Notes: generated by a model not told the origin, from the sequence alone. Numbered from the stretch's first letter, positions 48,087 through 58,465 are shown. The stretch: DNA of 64,000 bases from an uncultured Chloroflexia bacterium (GCA_963833225.1 CAWHXD010000017.1:256001-320000), one strand, 5' to 3'. Numbers and translations are program-made.

Positions 48087-48895
48087 CCCGTTCGCTGCAC
48101 CCGACCCTCACCGACGACGCCCCCGGCGCGTTTGGAGCGCTGGCGGTGCCCGCCCCGCCGCACGTGGCCGACGACGTCCTCGTCGAGGTCGGCCTCGCCG
48201 ACCGGATGGCGCCGTTCCCGTCGCCAATCGGGACGCTGTGGATCGCCTGGAACGGTCGTGGCGTCGCCGAGGTGGAGCTTGCCGACGATGGCGCCGATGC
48301 CGTGGCCCGGCACGAGACCCGGTCCGGACGTCGCACGATCCCCTCGGACGGGCTGCCCGTCGCGCTCGCGGATGCCTTCTCCCGTCGCCTCGCCGGCGAC
48401 AGGCGGGTGCGCGTCTCGCTCGACCTGCGCGGTCGTACGGAGTTCGAGGTGTCCGTGTGGACCAAGGCGCTTGAGATCCCTCGGGGTGAGGTGCGCCCGT
48501 ATGGGTGGATCGCTGCGGAGATCGGGCGCCCGAAGGCCGTCCGCGCGGTTGGGACGGCCCTCGGCCACAACCCGGTCCCGCTCATCGTCCCCTGCCACCG
48601 CGTCGTGCGCACCGACGGCACCATCGGCCAGTACAGCCTCGGCGGGCCCGGCAACAAGCGGACGATCCTCGCTGCAGAGGGCCTGGACCCGGACGCGCTG
48701 GAGGAAGCCGCCCGGCGTGGCGAGCGGCTGTCCGGGTCCACCACGACCCGGATCGTCTGCTGGCCGACCTGCCGCCACGCCCGGCGGACGCAGGAGCGGT
48801 ACCGGGTGTCGTTCCGCTCCCTGCGCGAGGCGGGGGCTATGGGGTATCGCCCGTGCAAGGTGTGCCGCCCCACGGCGATCGCGACGGCCGCCTGA
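48083..48895 (+). CDS. O6-methylguanine methyltransferase (Ogt) fused to C-terminal Ada Zn-binding domain
   Basis: IPRGEVRPYG, RAVGTA, NPVPLIVPCHRV; then TTRIVCWPTC...GYRPCKVCRP. Confidence 0.92.
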   Translation: MTRSLHPTLTDDAPGAFGALAVPAPPHVADDVLVEVGLADRMAPFPSPIGTLWIAWNGRGVAEVELADDGADAVARHETRSGRRTIPSDGLPVALADAFSRRLAGDRRVRVSLDLRGRTEFEVSVWTKALEIPRGEVRPYGWIAAEIGRPKAVRAVGTALGHNPVPLIVPCHRVVRTDGTIGQYSLGGPGNKRTILAAEGLDPDALEEAARRGERLSGSTTTRIVCWPTCRHARRTQERYRVSFRSLREAGAMGYRPCKVCRPTAIATAA

Positions 48896-48968
48896 CACAG
48901 GGCCGCCGCCCCGGCGAACGGCCCTGGTCCACTGCCAGGCCGTCATGGCGGCCCCGGAAACGACAGAA

Positions 48969-49012
48969 CCCCCGACCCGCGAGCCGCGATTTCGGCTCAG
49001 CGGGAGCGGGGG
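48969..49012. terminator. Hairpin between convergent genes
   Basis: CCCCCG.CCCGC.GAGCCG...CGGCTC.GCGGG..CGGGGG. Confidence 0.55.
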
Positions 49013-49053
49013 CTCCGTGTCGTCAGGCGGTGTTCAACCGCCCCTGGTCCGGG

Positions 49054-49716
49054 CTAGCGGTTGCGAGCGCGCCGCCGCGTGGTCGGCAGCAGGGCCAGCG
49101 TCGAGCCCGCAAGCAGGAGGAGGACAAACGGGAGACCCACACCCGGTCCACCCGAGGAGTTGTCGAGCCCATCGGTCGGCGGCGGCGTGATGCGCGGGGT
49201 CCCGGTCTCGGCCTCAACGGTCCCCGTCGGGGTGGCCTGGGGCGTCGGGGTGACGTCGGGCGTCGGGGTCGGAGTGACCTCGGGCGTCGGGGTCGGGTCA
49301 GGCGTCTGCGACGGCAGCGGCGAGGGATCCTCGCAAGCCTCGATCGAGCGGTCGAACGTCTTGCTCCATCCCTTTGACCCGGTCGGGTCGTCCCAGGCGG
49401 ACACGACGACCTTGGCCGTGTGCGATGCGGTCGGGGGCGTCACGGACCAGGTGTGGCTGTACGAGGATCCGAACGAGAACGGGGAGCCACTCACGGCGAC
49501 GTTGTCGATCGAAACCGCGACGGTGTTGGAGCCACCGCTGTTGTAAGCCGCCAGGTTGACCTTGAGGCCGTCCTGACAGGTCAGGGTCACATTGGGTGTA
49601 TGGGCCGACACGCCGCCGGCAAGCGCCAGCAGCAGGGTGCCTGCCATGAGTGCCGACAGCGCGGAGCGGACGCTCCGTCGCCCAGCGGTGCGGCCGAAGC
49701 CGAATCCCCGAGACAT
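49054..49716 (-). CDS. Secreted surface protein with PT linker and C-terminal PPTD-TM-Arg anchor
   Basis: Signal peptide (AGGVSA|H), beta-rich Cys-bounded domain, TPTP repeats, ITPPPTDG + hydrophobic helix + RRRARNR. Confidence 0.75.
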   Translation of the reverse strand: MSRGFGFGRTAGRRSVRSALSALMAGTLLLALAGGVSAHTPNVTLTCQDGLKVNLAAYNSGGSNTVAVSIDNVAVSGSPFSFGSSYSHTWSVTPPTASHTAKVVVSAWDDPTGSKGWSKTFDRSIEACEDPSPLPSQTPDPTPTPEVTPTPTPDVTPTPQATPTGTVEAETGTPRITPPPTDGLDNSSGGPGVGLPFVLLLLAGSTLALLPTTRRRARNR

Positions 49717-49900
49717 TTGCGATGACCTCCCCGGTATCGATTCACCCACCGCGGGGCGATACACCCGGCGGCGGCGCCGGTCGTCCAAGAAACCGGCAGT
49801 GGATAAGGACTCCCCGATGGTACTCGTCCGGGAACGCCATTGGTACCAGGCGATCGATCTCGTGGTGCGTGGCGGCACCCGCCGGACAGCCCCACCGACC

Positions 49901-51106
49901 TCAGCCTGGGCGCGTGAAGCCCTGCGCCGGCCATGGCTCGCAGCGGAGGGGCCGGTCCTCGCGATAGCCGAGCGCGTAGTCCGCCTGGATGAGCGTGTGG
50001 AGCTGGCTGGTGCCCTCGTAGATCACCGCCGCCTTCGCATTGCGCAGGTAGCGCTCCACCGGGAACTCGCTCGAGTACCCGTTGGCGCCGTGGATCTGGA
50101 TGGCGTCGAGCGCGGCGCGCACGGAGTGCTCCGTGGCATGCCACTTGGCCAGCGAGGTTTCGCGCGTGTTGCGCAGGCCCTGGTTCTTGAGCCAGCCCGC
50201 CCGGAGGACGAGCAGCCGCCCGGTCTCCGTGCCGGCGGCCATGTTGGCGATCATCTGCTTGACCAGCTGGTGCTGGCCGATCTCCCGCCCGAACGTCTCA
50301 CGCTCGTGGGCGTACCGGAGCGAGGCGTCGAGACATGCCTGGGCCAGGCCCACCGCACCGGCCGCGACCGTGTAGCGGCCCTGGTCGATGGCGCTCATGG
50401 CCACCAGGAAGCCCTCCCCTTCCTCGCCGATCCGGTTCTCGATCGGCACCCGGACGTTCTCGAAGTCGATGAGGCCGGTATTGCCCGCCCGGATCCCAAG
50501 CTTCCCGTGGAGCGTGCCGGTGGTGAGGCCCGGCATGCCCCGCTCCACCATGAACGCCGTGATGCCCTGGTGCCGCTTCGTCCGGTCGACCGACGCAAAC
50601 ACCAGGAAGTGGTCGGCAAGGTCGGCGAGACTGATCCAGATCTTGTGGCCGTTGAGGACATAGCTGTCACCGTCCCGGCGCGCGGTCGTCGCCAGCGAGG
50701 CGACATCCGTGCCGGCCCCCGGCTCGGTCAGGCCGAAGGTCGCCAGCTTGTCGCCCCTTGCCTGCGGCACCAGCCAGCGCTGCTTCTGCTCCTCGGTCCC
50801 CCACTGGAGCAACGTGAGGCTGTTGAGGCCGACGTGGACGCTCTGCACCACCCGGAAGGCGGTGTCTGCCCGCTCCAGCTCCTCGCACAGGAGCGCGAAG
50901 CTGATGTAGTCCATGCCCAGGCCGCCGTACTGCTCCGGGATCGGCGCACCAAGGAAGCCAAGGCCCGCCATCTTCGCGAAGACCTCGCGGTGAACCTCGG
51001 CGCCGGCATCCCATTCGCGGATATGGGGCAGGATCTCGGCCTCGACAAACGCGCGGGCGGTGTCGCGGACGAGGCGGTTCTCGTCGGTGAGGGAGAAGTC
51101 GATCAC
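49901..51106 (-). CDS. Acyl-CoA dehydrogenase
   Basis: FGLTEPGAGTD, LNGHKIWIS, RETFGREI, QIHGANGY, IYEGTSQ. Confidence 0.95.
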   Translation of the reverse strand: MIDFSLTDENRLVRDTARAFVEAEILPHIREWDAGAEVHREVFAKMAGLGFLGAPIPEQYGGLGMDYISFALLCEELERADTAFRVVQSVHVGLNSLTLLQWGTEEQKQRWLVPQARGDKLATFGLTEPGAGTDVASLATTARRDGDSYVLNGHKIWISLADLADHFLVFASVDRTKRHQGITAFMVERGMPGLTTGTLHGKLGIRAGNTGLIDFENVRVPIENRIGEEGEGFLVAMSAIDQGRYTVAAGAVGLAQACLDASLRYAHERETFGREIGQHQLVKQMIANMAAGTETGRLLVLRAGWLKNQGLRNTRETSLAKWHATEHSVRAALDAIQIHGANGYSSEFPVERYLRNAKAAVIYEGTSQLHTLIQADYALGYREDRPLRCEPWPAQGFTRPG

Positions 51107-51180
51107 GGGAGGGCCTCAGGTGCGGACGTCGCGGGGCGCCGCCGCATCCTACCGGGATCGGGCCCTCCTATACTCCGGCC

Positions 51181-52479
51181 GTGGACACGAACGACGCACC
51201 AACGCTTGATCTTGCCGCCCTCGCCGGGCCCAACATGTCGCCGGTCCTTGGCCGCTACATGGACCGCAGCTGGTCACACGGGGTCGGTCACCGCCTGTAC
51301 GACACCGCCGGGCACGCCTACCTCGACTTCGCCAACGGGATCGCCGTCACCGCGCTCGGTCATGCGCACCCGCGCGTCACGGCGGCGGTCCATGCCCAGG
51401 TCGACCGGCTGATGGGACCCGTGCATGCCATGGGCTTCGCCGAGCCGACCGTCAAGCTCGCGGCGATGCTGGCGGACACGTTCCCGGACCCGCTCGACGC
51501 CGTGCTGTTCCTCAACTCCGGGTCGGAGGCGATCGACGGGGCGATCAAGCTCGCCAGACGGGTGACCGGGCGTCCCGCGATCCTCGCGTTCCGCGGCGCC
51601 TTCCACGGCCGGACCATCGGGGCGACGAGCGTCACGACCTCCGCGCTCAACTACCGCCGGGGGTACGAGCCGCTCCTCCCGAGCGTCTACCACCTGCCGT
51701 TTCCGGCCGTATACCGCGACTTCGACGACGACGAGGACGCCGCCACCGAGGCCTGCCTCGCCCACCTCGATGACCTGCTCGCCACCACCATCGCGCCGTC
51801 ACAGGTGGCGGCCGTCCTGATCGAACCGGTCCAGGGCGAGGGTGGCTACTACCCGGCACCAGCGGGGTTCCTCCGAGCGCTGCGGGCGATCTGCGACGAG
51901 CACGGGATCCTGCTGATGGCCGACGAGGTGCAGTCGGGCTACGGCCGAACGGGCGAGATGTGGGCGTTCCAGCATGCGGGGATCGTCCCCGACGTCGTCT
52001 GCGTCGCCAAGGCCATTGCCAACGGGCTGCCGCTGTCGGCGATCGTGACCAGCCGGGATATCCAGGAACGCTGGGGCCGCGGCGCGCACGGCACCACGTA
52101 CGGCGGCAATCCAGTCGCCTGTGCCGCCGGACTGGCCGTGCTCGAGACGATCCGTGACGAAGGGCTCGTCGCCAACGCGCGCGCCCGGGGCGCGGAGCTG
52201 GCCGGCGGCCTCCGGGAGCTCATGGCCGAGCATCCCTCGATCGGCGACGTCCGGGGTCCGGGCCTGATGATCGGGGTGGAGTTCGTCCGCGACCGTGACA
52301 CGCGGGAGCCGGACGGCGCCCTGGCCGAAGCCATCACGGCCCGCGCCGCGGAGGCGGGGCTGCTCCTGCTCTCGTGCGGGATCCACCACCAGGTGATCCG
52401 CTGGATCCCACCTCTGGACGTGACCGTGCCAGAGGTCGAGGAGGCGCTGCGCCTGTTCGAGAACGCGCTCCAGGGCTGA
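51181..52479 (+). CDS. Class III PLP aminotransferase (GabT-like)
   Basis: NSGSEA, FHGRT, EPVQGEGG, DEVQSGYGRTG, AKAIANG, TYGGNP. Confidence 0.93.
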   Translation: MDTNDAPTLDLAALAGPNMSPVLGRYMDRSWSHGVGHRLYDTAGHAYLDFANGIAVTALGHAHPRVTAAVHAQVDRLMGPVHAMGFAEPTVKLAAMLADTFPDPLDAVLFLNSGSEAIDGAIKLARRVTGRPAILAFRGAFHGRTIGATSVTTSALNYRRGYEPLLPSVYHLPFPAVYRDFDDDEDAATEACLAHLDDLLATTIAPSQVAAVLIEPVQGEGGYYPAPAGFLRALRAICDEHGILLMADEVQSGYGRTGEMWAFQHAGIVPDVVCVAKAIANGLPLSAIVTSRDIQERWGRGAHGTTYGGNPVACAAGLAVLETIRDEGLVANARARGAELAGGLRELMAEHPSIGDVRGPGLMIGVEFVRDRDTREPDGALAEAITARAAEAGLLLLSCGIHHQVIRWIPPLDVTVPEVEEALRLFENALQG

Positions 52480-52546
52480 CGGTCGGCCTGCGCAGCCCGT
52501 TCAGGGACGGGGGGTTCCCTACCTGCCCCGGATCATCGACCGCCGA

Positions 52547-52741
52547 TCAGCGGTTCCGGGTGAGGAAGGCCATCACGTCCTCAAGGCGGAAGCGCCGGTC
52601 CCCGCGCTTGCACACACGGTAGAACGGAAGCTCACCGCGGTCGCCAAGGCGCTTCACGGTGTTCACGTGGAGGTGGAGCATCTCGGCAACCTCGCTCGCG
52701 GTGAGCATCGGGCCGAGGTCGTTGATCGCCATTGACGCCAT
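52547..52741 (-). CDS. BldC/excisionase-like HTH_17 DNA-binding protein
   Basis: MLTASEVAEML.LHVNTVKR...GDRRFRLEDV. Confidence 0.85.
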   Translation of the reverse strand: MASMAINDLGPMLTASEVAEMLHLHVNTVKRLGDRGELPFYRVCKRGDRRFRLEDVMAFLTRNR

Positions 52742-52919
52742 TCGTTGCCTCTGTCATACCGGCAGTCGGTCGGCCGCGGAGGGCACTGCGGTGCGGTCCG
52801 GCTTGCTGCTGAGTGGAGTGTCGGAGTTAGAAGCGGCATCGTGAAGCCGTACTCTCGTCTACCCGGTGGTACCAGCGAGCACGAGAGACGCGTCCACGGG
52901 GGTTCGGCGGGCCAAGGAG

Positions 52920-53296
52920 TCAGCGGCGGAAGCGCCCGACCGGGGCCGGGACCGCGCGAGCGGCGCTTGGGGGCACAACCATGCGTCGATCGATCGCGAT
53001 CACCGGCCCCCGGGCAATCGCCACCGGCGCGGCGAACCGCGCACGGACGACGGTCGCCATTGTGGGAGAAGCGGGCCGGCGGCGCACGACGTCGGCGCAT
53101 GGAGGTGATGTGGGCCCGCGACGCGGCCGCGGCGGGGGCGGCGATGTCGCCTACCGGGGGCCGGGTCGGCCGCCAGCGCCGGCTCGGAGGCGGAGACCGG
53201 GGCCGGACCTGACCCGCCGAGAGCCGCAGCGGCGAGGAGGGCGATGGCGACGATCCCGAGCCGGTGCCGGGTCGGGGCCGGATCGTGGGAGCTCAT
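52920..53296 (-). other. Possible small exported protein, apparently frameshifted
   Basis: MSSHDPAPTRHRLGIVAIALLAAAALGG signal-like start after hypA; continuation frame ambiguous. Confidence 0.3.
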
Positions 53297-53321
53297 CGCG
53301 GCCCACCATCGCCCGGATCCG

Positions 53322-53678
53322 TCACGCGTCGCCCGCCCCCGTGCGGAGCCTGACCTCGAGCAGCGCCAGCTCCGCCGTCGGCGGGAACGAGCGCAGCTCA
53401 TTGCAGCCCGGGCAGATGGCCTGGGACGGGCCGATGACATCGTCGTGCTCAAGGGCGCCATCGAACCCGCACGAGCAGGCCAGTCGCAACTCGAATGGGT
53501 CCACCGTCAGCTCCGCGCCCTCCAGCACGGTGCCGGGCACCAGCATCTCGAACGCCTGGCGCAACACGTCGTCCGGGATCGTGGTCGCGCGCTGGACGGC
53601 CACGAGCGAGACCGGCGACCCTCCTGCGCGGGCGATCGCCGCGTCAACGAGCGCTGCCACCAGGGACACCTCATGCAC
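53322..53678 (-). CDS. hypA: Hydrogenase nickel metallochaperone HypA
   Basis: (M)HEVSL, LEGAEL, CSC...CPGC. Confidence 0.85.
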   Translation of the reverse strand: MHEVSLVAALVDAAIARAGGSPVSLVAVQRATTIPDDVLRQAFEMLVPGTVLEGAELTVDPFELRLACSCGFDGALEHDDVIGPSQAICPGCNELRSFPPTAELALLEVRLRTGAGDA

Positions 53679-54138
53679 GCCGATGCGCCTCCACGACTCG
53701 CGCAACGGCGTCGGCGGCGCGCTCCACGGCGGCCGCCACGACGGGCGTCATCCGCTCCCCCACCTCAAGGGACGCAGGTCCCACCGAGACCACCACGACC
53801 GGAGGCGCGGTGCCCCAGAGCTCGCGGGCGAGCCCCACCAGGCCCGCCGGATCCAGGTGGTGGGTCCACGCGGTCCCGGCCTCGCCGGCCGCCTCCAGCC
53901 GGCGCACGGTCACACGACCCGGCTCAGCCTCCGCGTCGGCATCGACCAGGACCAGGAGCGACGCCCCGCTGGCGTCCTGGGCGAGCTCCGGCGTCAGCTG
54001 GTGCTCGCTGCGGATCGCCACCCCGGCCATCCGCGGATCGCGTTCCAGGCGCGCGGCCACCGCGGGTCCCGCGCCGTCGTCGGAACGAAGCGGGTTGCCG
54101 TACCCGATCACGAGGATGGGGCCGGACGCCACCGTCAC
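53671..54138 (-). CDS. hoxW: Hydrogenase maturation protease (HoxW-like)
   Basis: IGYGNPLRSDDGAG, HQLTPELA, VDA, THH. Confidence 0.88.
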   Translation of the reverse strand: MTVASGPILVIGYGNPLRSDDGAGPAVAARLERDPRMAGVAIRSEHQLTPELAQDASGASLLVLVDADAEAEPGRVTVRRLEAAGEAGTAWTHHLDPAGLVGLARELWGTAPPVVVVSVGPASLEVGERMTPVVAAAVERAADAVARVVEAHRRA

Positions 54139-55556
54139 CGGGCGATTTCGCCCAGGATCTCGCCGCCCGGGGCGAGGAGCTGGATGCGCAGCGCCATCTG
54201 CCCCAGCGCATGGGTGGAGCAGGACAGGCACGGGTCGTAGCAGCGGATGACCGCTTCGACCCGGTTGAGCATCGATTCCTCGAGCCGGTCGGCCTTGACG
54301 TGCTTGCGGGCAACCTGGAGCACGGCGCGGTTCATCGCCGCGTTGTTGTGCCCGGTCGCGATCACCAGGTTCACCCACTCGACGAGCCCGTTCTCATCCA
54401 CCTTGTAGTGGTGCATGAGGGTGCCGCGAGGGGCCTCGGCGACACCGATCCCCTCGAGCCGGTTGATGCCGGCCGTCGACCGCGTGCGGTGGTCGAGGAT
54501 GTCGGGGCCCCGGAGCAGCAGCTCGATCTTCTCGATTGCGTGCAGCGTGTCGATCAGGCGCGCGTAGTGGTAGTGGAAGGACGAGCCCGCGACACGGCCC
54601 ACGCGCCAGCGGAACTTCTCGAGCTCCTCGTCGGCGCGCGGTGTGCCCGTGCGCTCGGCCACGTTGAGCCGGGCCAGCGGTCCCACGCGGTAGATGCCGT
54701 CGGGGTAGCCCATCGGCTTCCAGTACGTCGTCTTGAGGTAGGACCACGGCTCAACGGCCTCGCCGATGTAGTCGTTGAACGCCTTGGGGTCGATCTTGTC
54801 GGCCAGGAAGTGCCCGTCGGCATCCACGACCCGGATCCAGCCGCCGTAGTGGTCGACGTTGCCCTCGCGATCGACGAGACCCATGAACGCCGAGCGGAAG
54901 TTGCCGAAGGTGGCCGCCTCCTCCTCCCAGCGCAGCATGTCCGTCTTGTACCAGGCGATCGCCCGTTCGGTGGCCGCCAGGGCCTCCGGAACGCCGGCCA
55001 GGATCCGGTCACGGACCTCCTCGGTGAGCTGGAACGCGACGCCACCCGGGACGATGCCCGTTGGATGGATCCGCTTGCCCCCCAGCCATTCGATGATCTG
55101 CTGGCCCCACTTGCGCAGCCCGATTCCGTCTCGGGCGAGGGCCGGGTTCTTCTGGGCCACCCCCACGATGTTGCGGATCGCGGGATCTGCGTCGAACCCG
55201 AACAGCAGGTCGGGCGACGAGAGGTGGAAGAACGAGAGCGCGTTGCTCTGGACGATCTGTCCGAGGTTGATGATCCGCCGGAGATCCGCACCGGTGGGCG
55301 TCGGCTCGACGGCCATGATGTCGTCCACCGCCTTGGACGAGGCGATGAGGTGGCTGACCGGGCAGATTCCGCAGATTCGGGCCATCAGCGCCGGCATCTC
55401 GTGCACCGGCCGGCCCTGGGTGATCCGCTCGAAGCCGCGGAACTGGGTGACGTGGAAGTGCGCGTCGACGACCTCGCCGCGGTCGTCGAGCTGGATCGTG
55501 ATCTTGGAGTGGCCCTCGATCCGGGTGACGGGATCGATCGTGATCGTCTGGCTCAT
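54135..55556 (-). CDS. hoxH: Bidirectional NAD-linked (group 3d) [NiFe]-hydrogenase large subunit
   Basis: DPVTRIEGH, RICGICPVSH, EAPRG, YDPCLSCSTH. Confidence 0.96.
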   Translation of the reverse strand: MSQTITIDPVTRIEGHSKITIQLDDRGEVVDAHFHVTQFRGFERITQGRPVHEMPALMARICGICPVSHLIASSKAVDDIMAVEPTPTGADLRRIINLGQIVQSNALSFFHLSSPDLLFGFDADPAIRNIVGVAQKNPALARDGIGLRKWGQQIIEWLGGKRIHPTGIVPGGVAFQLTEEVRDRILAGVPEALAATERAIAWYKTDMLRWEEEAATFGNFRSAFMGLVDREGNVDHYGGWIRVVDADGHFLADKIDPKAFNDYIGEAVEPWSYLKTTYWKPMGYPDGIYRVGPLARLNVAERTGTPRADEELEKFRWRVGRVAGSSFHYHYARLIDTLHAIEKIELLLRGPDILDHRTRSTAGINRLEGIGVAEAPRGTLMHHYKVDENGLVEWVNLVIATGHNNAAMNRAVLQVARKHVKADRLEESMLNRVEAVIRCYDPCLSCSTHALGQMALRIQLLAPGGEILGEIAR

Positions 55557-55567
55557 CGTCGGTCTCC

Positions 55568-56098
55568 TCAGCGCCCGAACCGGGCGCCAGCGACCTCGGG
55601 GGTCCGACCGGACAGCAGGTCGTCAAGCAGGGTGTAGATGATGTCGGCGCTGGGCGGGCAGCCCGGTAGGAACACGTCCACGTCCACGAACCGGTTGACC
55701 GGCTGCGAGGTGGGCAGAAGCTTGGGCACGACCTGGTCTGGGACCATCCGATTGAGCGTCGCATTCTCGAGGTACGCCCGGTCCAGGAGAGGCCCCGGGC
55801 CGATGGGATTGCGCATCCCGGGCACGTTGGAGGTCACGGCGCAGTCCCCGAAGGCGATCAGCACCTTCGTCCGTTCGCGGACCGTCCTGATCCGCTCGAG
55901 GTCGTCCTCGCTGGACACCGCGCCCTCGACGAGACAGACGTCGACGTTCTCGGGGAACTCCTTGATGTCCACCAGCGGACCGTAGACGAGGTCCGCCCGG
56001 GAGAAGATGTCGAGCAGACGCTCGTCAAGGTCCACGAGCGACATGTGGCAGCCCGAACAGCCGTCGAGCCAGACCGTTGCAACACGCGGCTTGGTCAC
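55568..56098 (-). CDS. hoxY: Bidirectional hydrogenase small subunit
   Basis: WLDGCSGCHMS, GDCA, PGCPP. Confidence 0.95.
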   Translation of the reverse strand: MTKPRVATVWLDGCSGCHMSLVDLDERLLDIFSRADLVYGPLVDIKEFPENVDVCLVEGAVSSEDDLERIRTVRERTKVLIAFGDCAVTSNVPGMRNPIGPGPLLDRAYLENATLNRMVPDQVVPKLLPTSQPVNRFVDVDVFLPGCPPSADIIYTLLDDLLSGRTPEVAGARFGR

Positions 56099-56808
56099 AG
56101 CCCACGCTCCTCGGTGTGGACCCGCATCCAGGGCAGGAACGGGCGCTTGTGCCTGGAGCCCGCCGCGACCGGCCGGCCCTTCTCGAACAGGGCACCGGTG
56201 GGACACACCTGGACGCACTTCCCGCAGCTGGTGCACGTCGTCGAATCGCCCCACGGGATGCCCATGTCCGCCTGGACCCGGGTCTCGAGGCCGCGATGCA
56301 TCACGTCCCAGACGTGCGCTCCCTCGATCTCGTCACAGACCCGCACGCAGCGCAGGCACAGGATGCAGCGGTTGTGGTCCAGGCCGAACAGGCGGTGAGT
56401 CAGGTCGACGTCCACCTGGGGGTTGATCCGCGGCAGGTCGAAGTGGGTGACCTTGAGCTCCTCGGCCATGTCCTGGAGCTCGCAGTGATTGTTGGCCACG
56501 CAGACGGCGCACACGTGGTTGCGCTCGAGGAAGATCATCTCCGTCGCAGCGCGGCGGTACTCCTCGAGCTCCTCGTCGTGCGCGGTGACGTCCATGCCCT
56601 CGGCGATCTGCGTCACGCAGGCCGCGGCGAGCCGCGGCGAGCCTCCGATCTTCACCACGCACAGGCGGCAGGCGCCTCGGTCGTGGATCCCCGGCAGGTG
56701 GCACAGGCCCGGGATGTCGATCCCGTTCTCCTCGGCCACCTCCATGATCGACTGGCCCTCGTTGCCGGCGACGTCCTTGCCGTCGATCCGGAGCGTGTAG
56801 ACGGTCAT
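56095..56808 (-). CDS. hoxU: Diaphorase Fe-S subunit
   Basis: [40 protein letters not shown]. Confidence 0.95.
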   Translation of the reverse strand: MTVYTLRIDGKDVAGNEGQSIMEVAEENGIDIPGLCHLPGIHDRGACRLCVVKIGGSPRLAAACVTQIAEGMDVTAHDEELEEYRRAATEMIFLERNHVCAVCVANNHCELQDMAEELKVTHFDLPRINPQVDVDLTHRLFGLDHNRCILCLRCVRVCDEIEGAHVWDVMHRGLETRVQADMGIPWGDSTTCTSCGKCVQVCPTGALFEKGRPVAAGSRHKRPFLPWMRVHTEERGL

Positions 56809-58465
56809 GCCATCACCTCCGCCGGCTGATCGATCTCACAGACGCCGGCGGGGCACCGCTTGTCCACGATGTGGGCGAGGTACTCGTCCCGGAAGTAGCG
56901 CAGCGTGCTGAAGATGGGATTGGGGGCGCCCTGCCCCAGGCCGCACAGGCTCATCCGCTGCACGACCTTCGCGAGGCGCTCCAGCTGGGCAAGGTCGGCC
57001 ATGTCAGCACGGCCCCGGCAGATCTTGTCCAGCAGCATCCACAGCTGGGTGGTGCCCACCCGGCACGGGACGCACTTGCCGCACAATTCGTCCCGGCAGA
57101 AGTCCTGGAAGTAGCGCGCGACGTCCACCATGCACGAGGTGTCGTCCATCACGATCATCCCACCCGATCCCATGAACGAGCCGAGCTCGATCAGGGACTC
57201 GTAGCTGACGTTCGTGTCGAGGAACTCGGCCGGGATACAACCGCCGGACGGGCCGCCCGTCTGGACCGCCTTGAACGGGCGGTCGTCGATGATTCCGCCA
57301 CCGATGTCGTAGATGATCTCGCGAAGGGTCATGCCCATCGGGACCTCGACGAGGCCCGTGTTCACGACCCGCCCGGCGAGGGCGAACACCTTGGTGCCCT
57401 TGCTCTTGCCGATGCCGATCGAGCTGTACCAGTCGGCCCCATTGCGCAGGATCGTGGGCACGTTCGCGAAGCTCTCGACGTTGTTGATCAGGGTCGGGCA
57501 GCCGAACAGGCCGCTGACCGCCGGGTACGGCGGGCGTGGTCGCGGGGTGCCACGCTTGCCCTCGACCGACTGGATGAGGGCCGTTTCCTCGCCGCACACG
57601 AAGGCGCCGGCGCCGAGGCGGATCTGGATGTCGAACGTGAACGAGGTGTCCGCGATGTTCGAGCCCAGGAAGCCGGCCCGCTGGGCCAGCCGGATCGCGT
57701 TTCGAAGGCGGGTCACCGCGAGCGGGTACTCCGCGCGGCAGTAGATGTAGCCCTCGGTCGCGTGGACCGCGAAGGCCGCGATCGCCATGCCCTCCAGGAC
57801 GCGGAACGGGTCACTCTCGAGGACGCTGCGGTCCATGAACGCGCCGGGGTCACCCTCGTCGGCATTGCAGATCACGTACTTCTGCGTGCCAGGCGCCTTG
57901 GCCACCGTCGTCCACTTGAGGCCGGTCGGATAGCCCGCGCCCCCGCGGCCGCGCAGCCCGCTCTCCGTGATCACCTCGCGGACCTCGGTGGAGGTCATGT
58001 CGGCCAGGACGGTGTTGAGGGCTTCGTAGCCACCGCGCTCGACGTAGTCGTCGAGGCTCTCCGGGTCGATGCGACCCATGTTCTCGGTGGCGACGCGGAG
58101 CTGCTTCTCGAAGAACGGACCCTGCGGCTGGGGCGTGTCCGCGTCCGTGACGGTCCTGAGCGCCTCGACGATCGGGGCGACGCGCATCGGGCGTGACCGC
58201 GCTGAACAGCTGTCCCGTCTGTGGGATCTCCACCAGCGGCCCAGCGGCGCACAGGCCGAGGCAGCCGACGCGCTTGACGACGACGTCGGTCAGGCCGGCC
58301 TCGGCGGCCGCCTCGCCCAGGCGCAGCGTGATGTCGTGGGACTGGGCAGAGACAGCAGGAGGCCGCCTCGCACACGTAGGCATGCGCGCGCACCGGCCCC
58401 TCGTGGATCTCCTCCGTGATCACGCGGCGGCGGATCGGCCGCGCCGCGGCAGGCTGCTCGCTCAC
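56805..58465 (-). CDS. hoxF: Diaphorase flavoprotein subunit; two apparent frameshifts (~58350, ~58190)
   Basis: N-terminal ferredoxin (YVC..SC / GCLGLC) split over frames; [28 protein letters not shown]. Confidence 0.9.

Noticed and set aside
52920-53296. RAPP-type ribosome arrest peptide after hypA
   Set aside because: The reading frame is ambiguous and the ending (RAVPAPVGRFRR) does not match RAPP/RGPP.
56805-58465. Programmed frameshifting or pseudogenisation of hoxF
   Set aside because: No slippery heptamer, and the rest of the operon is intact. Similar indels in htrA and the PRTase point to consensus errors; needs a read check.
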